A stretch of 64,000 nt of DNA from an uncultured bacterium (GTDB lineage Bacteria > Krumholzibacteriota > Krumholzibacteriia > LZORAL124-64-63). Under the pieces are notes generated by a model, which was not told where the DNA came from, did no database searches, and saw only the letters and a program-made list of their open reading frames with translations. The translations under genes were made by a program, and so were the position numbers. Of this stretch, positions 9,300-19,358 are shown in pieces; the stretch's first letter is position 1, and each line of letters opens with the position of its first letter. The stretch spans positions 1,189,393 to 1,253,392 of the forward strand of contig CAVSGO010000007.1 of assembly GCA_963727525.1 (NCBI GenBank). Reading direction: 5' to 3'.

Positions 9300-11411
9300 A
9301 TGCCGCACCGACCGCCCGACACCTCTGGTTCGCCACCCGCCGCCGCCACCGCCGTGCGCGCCCTGACGTGGTTCGGCGTGCTCAGCATCCTGATTCTCGG
9401 GGCTGCGCTGGCCCACCACTCGCTGTCGGATCGAGACATATTCCTGCACGATCGCGCGGGGCGCGACATCCTGGCGGGCGAGGGCGTGCCGGCGACCAAC
9501 GCCTATTCGTTCACGGCGCCGGATCAGCGCTGGGTGGACCACGAGTGGCTGTTCCAGACGCTCGTCGCCGCCGTGGCGGGGGGCGCCGACCTCGTCGCGC
9601 GGGCGCCGGCCTGGAACGCGTTGCGCATCGCGCTCGCCGTCGCCCTCGTCACCGTGCTCGTGCTGGGCGATGCCTGGCGCCGGCGGCGTGCGCCAGCGGG
9701 CTGGCTGTTGCTGCCGGCGGCCGTCTCCCTGGGCATGCTGTGGACACGCCTCACGCTGCGTCCCGAGCTGCTGAGCTACCTCTTCCTCGTCCTGGTGTGG
9801 CACGCGGTGGAAGGCGCCACGGGCGCACCCGGCACCGCGCGCTGGCGCGACATGTTCGATCCGCGGCGCCCGGCCGGTCGTGCCGTGCTGCTCACACTGG
9901 TGTGGGCGCAGTGCCACGGCTTCTACGCGCTGGCGGCCCTCGTCTGGCTCCTCGTCGGACTCACGGCGCCACGCGCGGCAGCGGGCCGGATCTCGCCGCG
10001 CCGTCTCGCCCTCGCCGGTGGCGCCCTCGCGCTCCTGGCCGGACTCGCCACGCCGTCGCTCGTGCAGGGCCTGCTCTACCCGCTGCGGGCCCTGACCCAG
10101 TTCACGCGCCCCGGTCCGCAACTGACATCGCTCGTCAGCGAACTCGTGCCCCTGCTGCGCTCGCCGGACAGCCTCGCCTGGACGATCCGCGTCACGCTTT
10201 TCAGCTACGTCTGGGGTGCAATATGGGTGGTGGCCACGTGGGGCCGCGTGCCGCGCGGACGCGTGCTCTTCTGGCTGGTCGCCGCCGTCGCGGCGTGGCA
10301 GACGCAGCGCAACCTCGCGCTGTACGCAGTGGCCTTCATGCTGCTGCACACGGGACTCGACGGCCCTCCGGCGTGGTTCGCGCGACGGGTTCGTGCAACC
10401 TGGCGACCGGCCGCGGCGGCGGCGGCCGCGCTGCTCGCACTCGCCGTCGTCGGGCTCTGGTTGCCGGCCCTGACGAGCAACCGGTTCTACCTCGCGGAAG
10501 GCGTCGCGCGGCGCTGGGGCGGCGGCGTGACGCCGACCAATTACCCCTTCGCGCAGGCGGCACGGCTGGGCGGCGAGCTGCGCCTCGCCAACACCATCGA
10601 CGCCGCATCCACGCTCATCGACGCCACGGCCGGCCGCGTGTGCATCGACGGCCGCACCGAGGCCTATCCCGCGTCCGCGTGGCGCGACTACGCCACCCTC
10701 AAGGATGGCGGCGCCGATGCCCTCGCGCAGCTGCGAACGTGGCGCGCCGATCGCGTGGTCATCGCACATCGCAGCACCGCGGCCGACCGCCTGCTCCGCA
10801 CGTTGTTGCAAGCGCCAGACTGGCACCTCGTCGATGCCGACGACGCCGGCGTTCTCTTCGCCCCCGGCGCCGACGACACGAACGCGACAGCCGCGAACCG
10901 CGCGCTCCTGCGCGCGCGTAGCGACGCCTTCGCCGCCACGTTGCCCACCTCGGCGTCCGTGCGCGCCGCCGATCGCTGCGCAGCGTGGGCCGGTCTGCTC
11001 GACGCGGCGGATCTCGGCACCGAGGCAGCCGCTCTGCTACGGCGCGGCCAGGCGCTCGCACCCGACCACCCCGCCATCCTGCACAATCTCGGCAACCATC
11101 TGATGGCCGCGGGCGACCTCGGCGGGGCCCGCACCCTCTTCCTGCGCGCCGCGCGCATCAACCCGCGCGCGGCGGGCGCGCTGGTGAATGCCGGAGTGTG
11201 CGCATTCCGACTCGGCGACCAGCGCGGTGCGGCCACTACCCTGCGCAAGGCCACCCGCGTGGATCCGCGGCGCTTCGAGGCCTGGGCGAACCTGGCCGAG
11301 GTGCGGCGCGCGGTCGGCGACATCGGCGGCGCGGCCACCGCCTACAGGAAGGCCCTGGCGCTGCGCGATGATCCGCGTCTGCGCGCCAGGGCCCGGTCGC
11401 TTGGCCAGTGA
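9300..11411 (+). CDS. Polytopic membrane protein with C-terminal TPR repeats (possible GT-C-like glycosyltransferase)
   Basis: The N-terminal half (about 450 aa) has many TM helices and a first-loop acidic motif (SDRDIFLHDRAGRD...DHEWLFQ). The C-terminal roughly 200 aa carries TPR-like repeats (LLRRGQALAPDHPAILHNLGNHLMAAGDLGGARTLFLRAARINP...). Confidence 0.55.
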   Translation: MPHRPPDTSGSPPAAATAVRALTWFGVLSILILGAALAHHSLSDRDIFLHDRAGRDILAGEGVPATNAYSFTAPDQRWVDHEWLFQTLVAAVAGGADLVARAPAWNALRIALAVALVTVLVLGDAWRRRRAPAGWLLLPAAVSLGMLWTRLTLRPELLSYLFLVLVWHAVEGATGAPGTARWRDMFDPRRPAGRAVLLTLVWAQCHGFYALAALVWLLVGLTAPRAAAGRISPRRLALAGGALALLAGLATPSLVQGLLYPLRALTQFTRPGPQLTSLVSELVPLLRSPDSLAWTIRVTLFSYVWGAIWVVATWGRVPRGRVLFWLVAAVAAWQTQRNLALYAVAFMLLHTGLDGPPAWFARRVRATWRPAAAAAAALLALAVVGLWLPALTSNRFYLAEGVARRWGGGVTPTNYPFAQAARLGGELRLANTIDAASTLIDATAGRVCIDGRTEAYPASAWRDYATLKDGGADALAQLRTWRADRVVIAHRSTAADRLLRTLLQAPDWHLVDADDAGVLFAPGADDTNATAANRALLRARSDAFAATLPTSASVRAADRCAAWAGLLDAADLGTEAAALLRRGQALAPDHPAILHNLGNHLMAAGDLGGARTLFLRAARINPRAAGALVNAGVCAFRLGDQRGAATTLRKATRVDPRRFEAWANLAEVRRAVGDIGGAATAYRKALALRDDPRLRARARSLGQ

Positions 11412-11418
11412 TGCCCGG

Positions 11419-12837
11419 CTAGGAGGACACCTGCACCGTGTAGGTGACCGTCTTCTCGCCATCCTTCGGCACGTCGACGACGAACTCGAGCGCCTGCGCG
11501 CTGAGCTTCTGGAACGGCTGCGAACTCTCCAGCACCTCCCAATCGCCGCCCACCATCTCCTGCACGTGCACCGACACGGCCTCATCCTTGTGGTTGCGCA
11601 GGGTGATCGCGAACGTCGAACGGCTCACGGTGTCGGCGACCTTGCGAAAGTCCTTCTGCACACGCGTGGCCACCACGTCGAAGGCCTTGCCCACCTCGAG
11701 GTTCACACGCTCGTCCTTCGGCGTGTGGTCGATGCGGTCCTCGCCCAGAAGTTGACGGCTGCCGCTCTGCGCCTCGCCATAGACCCGCACGACGCCCGCC
11801 GGCATGGGCAGACCGAGGTGGTTGTCCTGGCGGTTCTCGAAGGCGTAGGTCACCGTCACGTCCTGCGGCATCTCGCCCCAGCCGCCGCGCCTGAAGAACT
11901 GCCCCTGCGCCCGCGTCGTGTATTGCTTGGTCACCGTCACGCCGTCCGCGTCGAAGAGCGACACCTGCTTGGTCTGGTTGTCCTTGAGCGTCGTGGGCCA
12001 GTTCACCGTGTAGAGGTGGTAGTCGTAGAGCGCCTCCTCGGTGACGGCGCGGGCCTCGTCAGCCATCGCGTACACCTGCCCCTTCATCGCGATGGGCGGC
12101 CGGGCGGCCTGATGGATGTCGCCGGCGACGAGCATGAGCTTGGCGTCGTCGTAGGTGGCGCCGCTGCGATTGTCGACCGACACCCACGCCTGCAGACTCG
12201 CCTGGTCGCCCTTCGGCGTGAGCTGCAGAATGTAGTCCGCGGCCCAGCTCAGGCCACCGGTGAGATAGGATGCATCGATCTCGGCATCGCCGGCGCGCTT
12301 GGCCTCCGCACGCCACACGAGGGTGGGGCGGGCGCGTAGATCCGCGGGCAGCGATGGCAGCACGATGCGGCCGGGCATGTCGAAGACGATCTCACCATTC
12401 ACCGCGTACACCGGCCCGTTGGCCATGCCCAGCAGCTTGCCCGTGATGCGACCGCCGGTCTCCTGCTGCCAGGCGACGTCATGGCCCACGTACTTCTCCA
12501 TGATCTTCTCGCGCGACATCAGATCGAACTCGTAGTTCTGCTCGAGCACGGACAAGCCCGTCTTGCCGCCGATCGCGAGCACCAGCGTCTTGGGTTGGAT
12601 CTGCGACGGCACGCCCTGGAACTCGAGAGCGACAGCGCCGGCGGGCACCGCGACCCGACGCACCTCGCGCACAAGCCCGAGGTTCTGGTTGTAGACTGTC
12701 AGCTCGAGCTGGGTGCGCTGCGTGGGTTCGGACACCACGGTGGCCGGTGCGTCACCAGCCGCGCCGGCGGGCGCATCGGCCGCCAGCATCGCCCCGGACA
12801 GCGCCGCAAGCGTGAGGATTCGCAAGCGGTTGGACAT
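11419..12837 (-). CDS. Secreted DUF4139-family protein
   Basis: Signal peptide MSNRLRILTLAALSGAMLAADAPAGA. Length and composition are consistent with the DUF4139 / TIGR02231-type conserved hypothetical proteins. Confidence 0.6.
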   Translation of the reverse strand: MSNRLRILTLAALSGAMLAADAPAGAAGDAPATVVSEPTQRTQLELTVYNQNLGLVREVRRVAVPAGAVALEFQGVPSQIQPKTLVLAIGGKTGLSVLEQNYEFDLMSREKIMEKYVGHDVAWQQETGGRITGKLLGMANGPVYAVNGEIVFDMPGRIVLPSLPADLRARPTLVWRAEAKRAGDAEIDASYLTGGLSWAADYILQLTPKGDQASLQAWVSVDNRSGATYDDAKLMLVAGDIHQAARPPIAMKGQVYAMADEARAVTEEALYDYHLYTVNWPTTLKDNQTKQVSLFDADGVTVTKQYTTRAQGQFFRRGGWGEMPQDVTVTYAFENRQDNHLGLPMPAGVVRVYGEAQSGSRQLLGEDRIDHTPKDERVNLEVGKAFDVVATRVQKDFRKVADTVSRSTFAITLRNHKDEAVSVHVQEMVGGDWEVLESSQPFQKLSAQALEFVVDVPKDGEKTVTYTVQVSS

Positions 12838-12949
12838 ATCGTCACTCCTTGTTCAGGTCATGCAGTCAACGCTAAAGAGGCGCCCCGGCGGGACGATCCC
12901 TCCCATAACACATCAGCGGGCCGGAAAGTGCCACGACGCGGAGGCATAC

Positions 12950-13333
12950 ATGCTGGGAACCGTCATCATCGCGGACGATGCACCTTTCATGCGGGCCATG
13001 TTGCGCGGGATCGTGACCGACCTCGGGCTGGAGGTCGCCGGCGAAGCCTCCGACGGCGCCGAGGCCGTGGCGCTCTACCGGCAACACGCCCCCACCCTCG
13101 CCCTGATCGATCTCACGATGCCCGGCGTCGATGGTGTCGAGGCCGTGCGACAGATCGTGGCTCATGACCCCGCCGCCGCACTCGTCATGGTGTCGGCGCT
13201 CGGACAGAAGGACGCCGTGCTCGCGGCGGTCAAGGCCGGCGCGCTCGACTTCATCATCAAGCCGTTCGAAGCCGACCGGGTCGAGGCCACCTTGCAGAAG
13301 ATCCTCGGTCGCTTGCCCGTGACCGTGGCCTAG
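12950..13333 (+). CDS. Single-domain response regulator (CheY-like receiver)
   Basis: GGAGG RBS then ATG at 12950. Receiver motifs: IIADDAPFMR (acidic pocket), LALIDLTMPGVDG (phospho-Asp) and the conserved Lys in FIIKPF. Its 3' end overlaps uppP by 4 nt (convergent). Confidence 0.8.
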   Translation: MLGTVIIADDAPFMRAMLRGIVTDLGLEVAGEASDGAEAVALYRQHAPTLALIDLTMPGVDGVEAVRQIVAHDPAAALVMVSALGQKDAVLAAVKAGALDFIIKPFEADRVEATLQKILGRLPVTVA

Positions 13334-14118
13334 CTCAGCAACACGAGCGCGACCACGCCCAGGGGCAGACAGTACAGCGCGAACTTCCAGAAGTGGCGCT
13401 GCACCACTGCCAGCGCCGTCCAGCGGATCGCGAGCAACCCCACGACGAACGCCGTGAAGGCGGCGAGTGCGAGCCCCGTCGCGCCCACGCGCGAGGTAAG
13501 GTTGCCGTCCATGAGTTGCAGCACCAGCGCCCCGGCAATCGCCGGCACGGCGAGCAGGAAGCTGAAGCGCGCCGCCTCCGCCCGGGCCAGACCCAGCCAC
13601 AGCGACGCCGCGATCGTGGATCCCGAGCGGCTCACGCCGGGACAGATGGCCACGGCCTGCGCACAACCCACGAGCAGCGCCCTGCCCAGGGTGGGCGGCC
13701 GCGGCTCCCAGATCCCCGCCAGCTCCGTGGCCTGATCCCGCGCGGCACGCGTGGACAGCAGCACCAGGCCGGTGAAGATGAGCCCTCCGGCCGCGAACAC
13801 CGGTGCGCCGAACAGCCCTTCGACCGTGTCCTTGAGTGCGAGCCCCACGATCACCGCCGGAACCGTGCCCACTGCCAGAGCCATGAGGTACTGGATGGCT
13901 GGACGGTCGAAGCGCAGCAAGCGCAGGATTTCGCGCCGGTACACCACGAGCACCGAGACCAGCGTGCCGCAGTGCAGCACCACGTCGAGAAAGAAATCGT
14001 CCGCCGATGCGCCGAACAAATGCTGCAAGAGCACGAGGTGTCCGGAACTGCTGACGGGAAGAAACTCGGTCAGACCCTGCACGATGGCGAGGATCAGCGA
14101 CTCCAGCAACGGGGACAT
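13330..14118 (-). CDS. uppP: Undecaprenyl-diphosphatase
   Basis: BacA/UppP signatures QGLTEFLPVSSSGH and PGVSRSG, with about 8 TM helices. Confidence 0.9.
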   Translation of the reverse strand: MSPLLESLILAIVQGLTEFLPVSSSGHLVLLQHLFGASADDFFLDVVLHCGTLVSVLVVYRREILRLLRFDRPAIQYLMALAVGTVPAVIVGLALKDTVEGLFGAPVFAAGGLIFTGLVLLSTRAARDQATELAGIWEPRPPTLGRALLVGCAQAVAICPGVSRSGSTIAASLWLGLARAEAARFSFLLAVPAIAGALVLQLMDGNLTSRVGATGLALAAFTAFVVGLLAIRWTALAVVQRHFWKFALYCLPLGVVALVLLS

Positions 14119-14135
14119 GGTTTCTCCTGGGACGC

Positions 14136-15017
14136 TCAGGCGTTCTCGCGCGCGAGGCGCGCGAGCCGGTAGTGGTGGCGCGCCTCAGGCGTGCTGCCGA
14201 GGGCGTCGTATGTGAGGGCGAGTTGATACTGCAGGCGGCTATCCTCGGGGAACGCCGCCTCGGCGGCCTGCAGCGCGGTGAGCGCTTCGGGAAAGCGCGT
14301 GAGCTTGTGCAGGCAGGTGCCGCGATAGAACTGGGCTCGCGTGAGCTGGGGCGCCTGCCGCAGCACACGATCGAAGCGTTCGAGGGCGTCGCCATAGCAG
14401 CCCTGACGTAGCAGACACATGCCCGCGTAATAGCTTCCGCGCGCGTCGGAAGGATCGGCGGCCACGGCCTTCTCGAAACAGTTGAGCGCCCGATCGAGCA
14501 TGCCGGCCCGCAGATGCACCATCCCGAGCCCGTGGTAGGCATCACGATCCGGCTTGCTCGCGATCGCGGCCTCGAACGCGCGCACCGCCTCGTCGGTGCG
14601 CCCTTCCTCCGCGTACAGCGCGCCGAGGTTGTAATACGTCTCCGCCGATGCATCCTCGTGGAAGATCGCCTTGCGGTAGGCGCGCACCGCGTCGTCGCTG
14701 CGTCCGCGACGGTCGAGGGTGACGCCAAGATTGGTCAACAACGCGCCGCTGGTGGGATTGACCGCGAGCCCGTCGCGGAACCAGCGCTCCGCGTCTTCGA
14801 GGTCGCCCGCCTTCAGGCACACGCAGCCGAGGCGGTAGTACCAGTCCCAGTGTCCGCTCTCCTGGACGACCGCGCGCCGGTAGGCGCGGACAGCCTCGGC
14901 CCAGTCGCGCTTCAGCTCGGCATCGCGACCGGCCTGGTACCACGCGGCGGCATCGGGTTGGGCTTCGGGTTGGGCGCACATGGGCGGTATGGTAGTCGAG
15001 GCGGGTCGGTCGGTCAA
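14136..15017 (-). CDS. TPR repeat protein, translationally coupled to the MglA-like GTPase
   Basis: At least 6 TPR units (WYQAGRDAELKRDWAEAVRAYRRAV..., YYNLGALYAEEGRTDEAVRAFEAAI...). TTG start at 15017 overlaps the stop of the upstream GTPase gene (TTGA). Confidence 0.65.
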   Translation of the reverse strand: MTDRPASTTIPPMCAQPEAQPDAAAWYQAGRDAELKRDWAEAVRAYRRAVVQESGHWDWYYRLGCVCLKAGDLEDAERWFRDGLAVNPTSGALLTNLGVTLDRRGRSDDAVRAYRKAIFHEDASAETYYNLGALYAEEGRTDEAVRAFEAAIASKPDRDAYHGLGMVHLRAGMLDRALNCFEKAVAADPSDARGSYYAGMCLLRQGCYGDALERFDRVLRQAPQLTRAQFYRGTCLHKLTRFPEALTALQAAEAAFPEDSRLQYQLALTYDALGSTPEARHHYRLARLARENA

Positions 15018-15835
15018 CGATCCTCGATGTGCACCTCGAGCAGGATCCGCGTCTCGCCGCTCGTTCCCAGGGCGCTACGCGGAATGCGGACCGGGACCAC
15101 CAGCGCCACCGGCGCATCGGACCGCGGGCCATCCTCGTGGTAGCCGGGCGTGTGCGGGGTTCCCGGCACGGGTGGCGAGGAGTCGAATCCGGCCGGGCTG
15201 CCGTCGGGGCCGGGAACCGGGCTCTGGGCGGCGAGCTGCTGCTGCAGGATCTGCCCGATGGTGAGGCTCAGGATGGCCTTGAGCGCCTCACGCACCCCCT
15301 CGCCGTTGGTCACGTCCGCCGGGAACGACAGCAAGCCCCACGGATTGAGCAGGCTCTCGAGGCGGTCCACCGGCAGCACCGCGGCGGCATCGCGGTTGTT
15401 GTACTGCAGCACCACCGGCACCGACATGAGATCGCGGTTCCAGGTATCGAGGAAGCCCTTCAGCGCCTCCATGGCACTGAGCGCCTGGTCGAGCTCGTCG
15501 GGGCCCGAACTGCAAGCGAAGACGATCCCATCGAAGGGCGGACGCTGTGTCGGCGCCAGCGCCAGGTTCTCGCGCCCCACGTCCACGGCCTGGACGAAGA
15601 CCTGCCAGTCGCCCTGCTGGCCATTGCGCAGCATGAAGGCGATCTGGCGACTCGAGTCCTCCGTGGCGACGGCCAGCCGGTGCTCCGGGGGGAGCGATTG
15701 CTGGATTCGCGCCAGGGTCTGTCGCTTTCCGACGCCTGCCGGACCATAGTACAGGATCCGGCAAGATCGTGTGGCCGTATGCTGGGCAGTGAGCACCTTG
15801 CGCCTCCGTCGCGAACCATCGCTTGTGAGCAACAC
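15014..15835 (-). CDS. MglA-like Ras-superfamily small GTPase with a Pro-rich C-terminal extension
   Basis: ILYYGPAGVGKRQTL matches MglA IVYYGPGLCGKTTNL (G1) and VLQYNNRD matches MglA VIQYNKRD (G4). FDGIVFACSSG aligns to MglA VDGVVFVADSQ. The P-loop is GKR rather than GK[ST]. GTG start at 15835. A roughly 90-aa proline-rich tail (SPVPGPDGSPAGFDSSPPVPGTPHTPGY...) follows. Confidence 0.65.
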   Translation of the reverse strand: MLLTSDGSRRRRKVLTAQHTATRSCRILYYGPAGVGKRQTLARIQQSLPPEHRLAVATEDSSRQIAFMLRNGQQGDWQVFVQAVDVGRENLALAPTQRPPFDGIVFACSSGPDELDQALSAMEALKGFLDTWNRDLMSVPVVLQYNNRDAAAVLPVDRLESLLNPWGLLSFPADVTNGEGVREALKAILSLTIGQILQQQLAAQSPVPGPDGSPAGFDSSPPVPGTPHTPGYHEDGPRSDAPVALVVPVRIPRSALGTSGETRILLEVHIEDR

Positions 15836-16108
15836 CTGGCAGCAACATCCGTGCCATTCGAATGGTCATTGAAGCGACTCCTGGGCAACGGGTTACGTCG
15901 TCCGCCGATACGGACCCGGCAAAATGCACCCTGGAGGCGCCCCGGCAGCGGGGACTTCGCCATGGCATTGCGGAAGGCCCCGCGGCGAGTTCCTGAAGTT
16001 TCTGCTCAGTCCCGATGGGTGAGGCAAGGATCTTGCTGTCCCACCGCGAGATCAGGCGGTACGCGCCGCCACCGCACCACGGGACGGACCCCCATACGGG
16101 AGCGAACG

Positions 16109-16549
16109 ATGGCCAGCAATACCCCGCAGATCCTCAAAACGATGTTCTCCCGGCTGCTGAACGTGGAGGTCGAACCGGCGCTCGCCGCCAAGCTGAGCGC
16201 GGTCATCGACAGCGTGACCGAGCGGGTGGGCAACAACTTCGACCTCGAGACGGTCCAGGGCCAGAACACGTTCCGGGCACTGCTGTGCTCGATGGTCGTT
16301 CACGGCTGGGGCAACGGGATGCATCCCTTCCACAACCCTGAGAACGACCTCGAAGGCCAGCCCATCGAGGTGCGGGTGAGTAAGGACATCCTGATGCAGA
16401 TGGCTGATCTGCAGTCGCTGCGGTACGTGAAGAAGGATGCGGAAGGGCGGGTCAGGAAGGCCCTCTTCGAACCCGATCAGAACACCCGGATCCGCCAGCA
16501 GATCGACGACATCCTCGGCGAGATCAGTGCGACCAAGTGGTCCGAATAG
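16109..16549 (+). CDS. Hypothetical protein (146 aa, soluble)
   Basis: GGGAG RBS 6 nt before ATG at 16109. Amino-acid composition is normal and not Arg/Ala/Pro-skewed like antisense artefacts. It is divergent from the MglA-like gene. The upstream 360 codons of the ORF-track entry 15029..16549 run antisense to that GTPase gene and are rejected. Confidence 0.5.
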   Translation: MASNTPQILKTMFSRLLNVEVEPALAAKLSAVIDSVTERVGNNFDLETVQGQNTFRALLCSMVVHGWGNGMHPFHNPENDLEGQPIEVRVSKDILMQMADLQSLRYVKKDAEGRVRKALFEPDQNTRIRQQIDDILGEISATKWSE

Positions 16550-16606
16550 GTCGCCCATGGACGACGCGCGACCAGGGGGCCCCCGATCGCGCGTCGTCTT
16601 GAAGAT

Positions 16607-17161
16607 CTAGAAGAGTTTCTGGCCCTCGGCGAGGATCTCGTTCAGCGCGTCCTTGAAGTACGTCGTGCCGCTGGCGGCCTCGGCCCCCACTTTCTCCTTG
16701 TACAGCTCCCACGATTTCTTGATCTCCGGCCCCAGGACCTCGAGCAGATTGCCGTCGGCCAGGGCGCGATCGCGCGCCTCGCGGTTGTACACGACGATAT
16801 CCGAGACGAGCGCCCGGGCGAGCATCTCGGTCTTGTCGCGACGCCGTCGGGCCGTCGACCGCGTAGGCGCTTCCGCCACGGCCACGGCCGGTTCGGTACG
16901 CGCTGCGGCGGGACGCGGCGCCGGTGTCGCCGGCGCGGTGGGCGCCTCGACGGGCGACGTGAAGTTCTCGAAGCTCTCGAGGCTCTCGAGCCCCGTCACG
17001 GCGGCTGCCGGACGCGGCGAGGGCGCAGCGGTCTCCGGCGCCGTACCATCGAGGGTGAAGACGGTCTTGCAGTTCGGACAGCGTACGCGCACCTTGCGCC
17101 GGGGCACCTTGTCGTCGTTCAGGCGGTACCGCACGCGGCAACCGGTGCAGGTGGTGATCAT
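16607..17161 (-). CDS. MJ0042-type zinc-ribbon protein with Pro/Ala-rich linker and conserved C-terminal domain
   Basis: N-terminus CTGCRVRYRLNDDKV...VRCPNCKTVF has the two CxxC pairs of a zinc ribbon. This is followed by a low-complexity P/A/T linker and a C-terminal about 75-aa helical domain. Confidence 0.6.
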   Translation of the reverse strand: MITTCTGCRVRYRLNDDKVPRRKVRVRCPNCKTVFTLDGTAPETAAPSPRPAAAVTGLESLESFENFTSPVEAPTAPATPAPRPAAARTEPAVAVAEAPTRSTARRRRDKTEMLARALVSDIVVYNREARDRALADGNLLEVLGPEIKKSWELYKEKVGAEAASGTTYFKDALNEILAEGQKLF

Positions 17162-17250
17162 GGCCAGAATCCTCTCCTCTCAGGTTCAGCGCTCCAGGAA
17201 CACGTGAGGATCTTCGGCCGCTACCTGTCGATCTTTAATCCTGAATAGCC

Positions 17251-19332
17251 TCACCCGGCCGCCACGGGCACCAGCTTGCCGTAAGCCAGCTGGAGCTGGC
17301 GATGCAGGGGCGCCACGGCGGGCGCCTCCAGATGGGGATCCCCGGCCAGCAGGGCGCGCGCATCCTCGGCGCAGGCGCGCGCGAGGTCGCCGTCGCGTAG
17401 CGGGTTGGCCAGGCGGAAGCCCGGCACGCCGTGCTGACGCTCGCCCCAGAGGTCGCCCGGACCACGCAGGCGCAGGTCCTCCTCGGCCAGTTCGAAGCCG
17501 TCGGTGGTGCGCGCGAAGAACTGCAGACGATGCCACGTGGCCTCGGCGAGGTGGTCGTCGGCCATGAGCCAGCACCACGACGCGCCGCCGCCGCGGCCGA
17601 TGCGCCCGCGCAGCTGGTGGAGCTGCGCCAGGCCGAAGCGCTCCGGATGGTGGATCACCATCCAGGCGGCGTTCGGCACATCGACCCCGACCTCCACCAC
17701 CGTGGTGGCCACCAGCACGTCGATCTCGTTGGCAGCGAAGGCGGTCATCGCCGCCTCCTTCTCGCGCGGCTTGAGCCGGCCGTGCACCAATCCCACGCGC
17801 TGGGATCGGAAGGCGCCGGACGCGAGGTTCGCGGCCTCGCTCACGGCGGCCTTGATGTCGAGCGTCTCGCTCTCCTCCACCACGGGATAGATCACGTAGC
17901 CCTGGCGCCCAGCCTGCACGAGGTCGCGGCACTGCGCGTACACGCGCGTTTCGGCTCCCGCGTTCACGACCTGCGTGTCCACGGGCTGGCGGCCGGCGGG
18001 CATCTCGTCGAGGAGCGAGAGATCGAGATCGCCGTACAGCGTGAGTGCGAGGCTACGCGGGATGGGAGTGGCGCTCATCACGAGCAGGTGCGCGGGCACC
18101 TCGCCGTCGCCGCGCGCCGTGCGCCCGCGCTGCCGTACGCCGAAACGATGCTGCTCGTCGACGATGGCCAGGCCCAGGTTCGGCAATTGCACCTGGTCCT
18201 GGATCACGGCGTGCGTACCCACGAGCAGATCCACCTCGCCCTGGTTCGCGGCGCGGATGCGGCGGCGGCGCTCGGCAGCGGGCAGGGAACCGGTGAGCAC
18301 CTCCACCGATACGTTCAGTGGCGCGGCCAGGCGCTGCAATGTGCGGCCGTGCTGCTGCGCAAGCACCTCGGTGGGCGCCATGAGCAGGGCCTGGTATCCC
18401 TGCTCGATCACGAAGAGCGCCGCGATGAGCGCCACCAGCGTCTTGCCCGACCCCACGTCGCCCTGCAGGAGACGGTGCATGGCGCGGCCCCGCCGCAGGT
18501 CAGCCAGGATCTCGGCCAGCACGCGACGCTGGCCGCCGGTGAGCGCGAAGGGCAGCGCTGCCACGAGACGCGTGGTGAGGTCGCCCGGCTTCTCCAGCGC
18601 GATGCCGGGCTGGTCGACCTGCGCGCCGCGCCGCAGAGCCATGATGAGCTGGATGGCGAGCAGCTCGTCGTACACCAGACGGCGGCGGGCGGCGTCGTGC
18701 TGGGCTTGGTCGTCGGGGAAGTGGATGCCGCGCAGTGCGGTGCGCAGATCCACGAAACCGCGCCGGCGGCGCAGGGCGTCGGGCAGGTGATCGACCACCT
18801 GGGGTGCAAGGTCGGTGAGCGTTTGGTGTACCAGGCGGCGCAGCCAGTGCTGACCGATGCCCGCGGTGAGCGGGTACACCGGCACCAGCCGACCGGTGTG
18901 GAGCTGCTCGTTCTCGGCCTCGAGCACCTCCCAATCGGGATGGGTGAGCTGGCGACGGCCGCCGTGCACCTGCACCAGGCCGCTGAGCATCACCTTCTGG
19001 CCGCTGCGCAGTTGCTTGAGGAGCTGGCGCTGGTTGAACCAGACGCAGAAGATCACCCCGCTGTCGTCGGCCACGGTGACCGTCTGCAGGCTGCCGCCGC
19101 GCCGCGTGCGCCGGTCCCCGCAGGTGAGCACTTCGCCCAGGATCGTGGCTTCCTCTCCCACGCGGAGACTGCGAATGGGGATGGCGGTCGTGCGGTCGAA
19201 GAACCGCCGCGGGTAGTGCCGGAGCACGTCGGCGGCCGTCTCCAGGCCCAGGCGCGCCAGGGCAACGGATCGCACTGGACCCACCGTGCGCAGGTACTGG
19301 ACCGGGCTGTCGAGGGAGAGCGGCGGTTTCAT
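17251..19332 (-). CDS. recG: ATP-dependent DNA helicase RecG
   Basis: Wedge/OB N-domain, Walker A GDVGSGKT, DExH (IVDEQHRFG) and helicase C motifs. Length is 693 aa. Confidence 0.9.
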   Translation of the reverse strand: MKPPLSLDSPVQYLRTVGPVRSVALARLGLETAADVLRHYPRRFFDRTTAIPIRSLRVGEEATILGEVLTCGDRRTRRGGSLQTVTVADDSGVIFCVWFNQRQLLKQLRSGQKVMLSGLVQVHGGRRQLTHPDWEVLEAENEQLHTGRLVPVYPLTAGIGQHWLRRLVHQTLTDLAPQVVDHLPDALRRRRGFVDLRTALRGIHFPDDQAQHDAARRRLVYDELLAIQLIMALRRGAQVDQPGIALEKPGDLTTRLVAALPFALTGGQRRVLAEILADLRRGRAMHRLLQGDVGSGKTLVALIAALFVIEQGYQALLMAPTEVLAQQHGRTLQRLAAPLNVSVEVLTGSLPAAERRRRIRAANQGEVDLLVGTHAVIQDQVQLPNLGLAIVDEQHRFGVRQRGRTARGDGEVPAHLLVMSATPIPRSLALTLYGDLDLSLLDEMPAGRQPVDTQVVNAGAETRVYAQCRDLVQAGRQGYVIYPVVEESETLDIKAAVSEAANLASGAFRSQRVGLVHGRLKPREKEAAMTAFAANEIDVLVATTVVEVGVDVPNAAWMVIHHPERFGLAQLHQLRGRIGRGGGASWCWLMADDHLAEATWHRLQFFARTTDGFELAEEDLRLRGPGDLWGERQHGVPGFRLANPLRDGDLARACAEDARALLAGDPHLEAPAVAPLHRQLQLAYGKLVPVAAG

Positions 19333-19358
19333 GGGCCATCCGATTGCGGGAAAAGACC

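Noticed and set aside
9210-10826. 538-aa minus-strand ORF antisense to the membrane-TPR gene, and the similar 9368..10921 plus-strand frame-shifted ORF
   Set aside because: Low-complexity Arg/Gly/Ala-rich translation with no start context. The in-frame membrane-TPR gene explains the region.
15029-16108. N-terminal 360 codons of the 506-aa plus-strand ORF 15029..16549
   Set aside because: This part runs antisense to the MglA-like and TPR genes and is Arg/Gly-rich. Only the C-terminal 146 codons (16109..16549), preceded by a GGGAG RBS and with normal composition, are retained.
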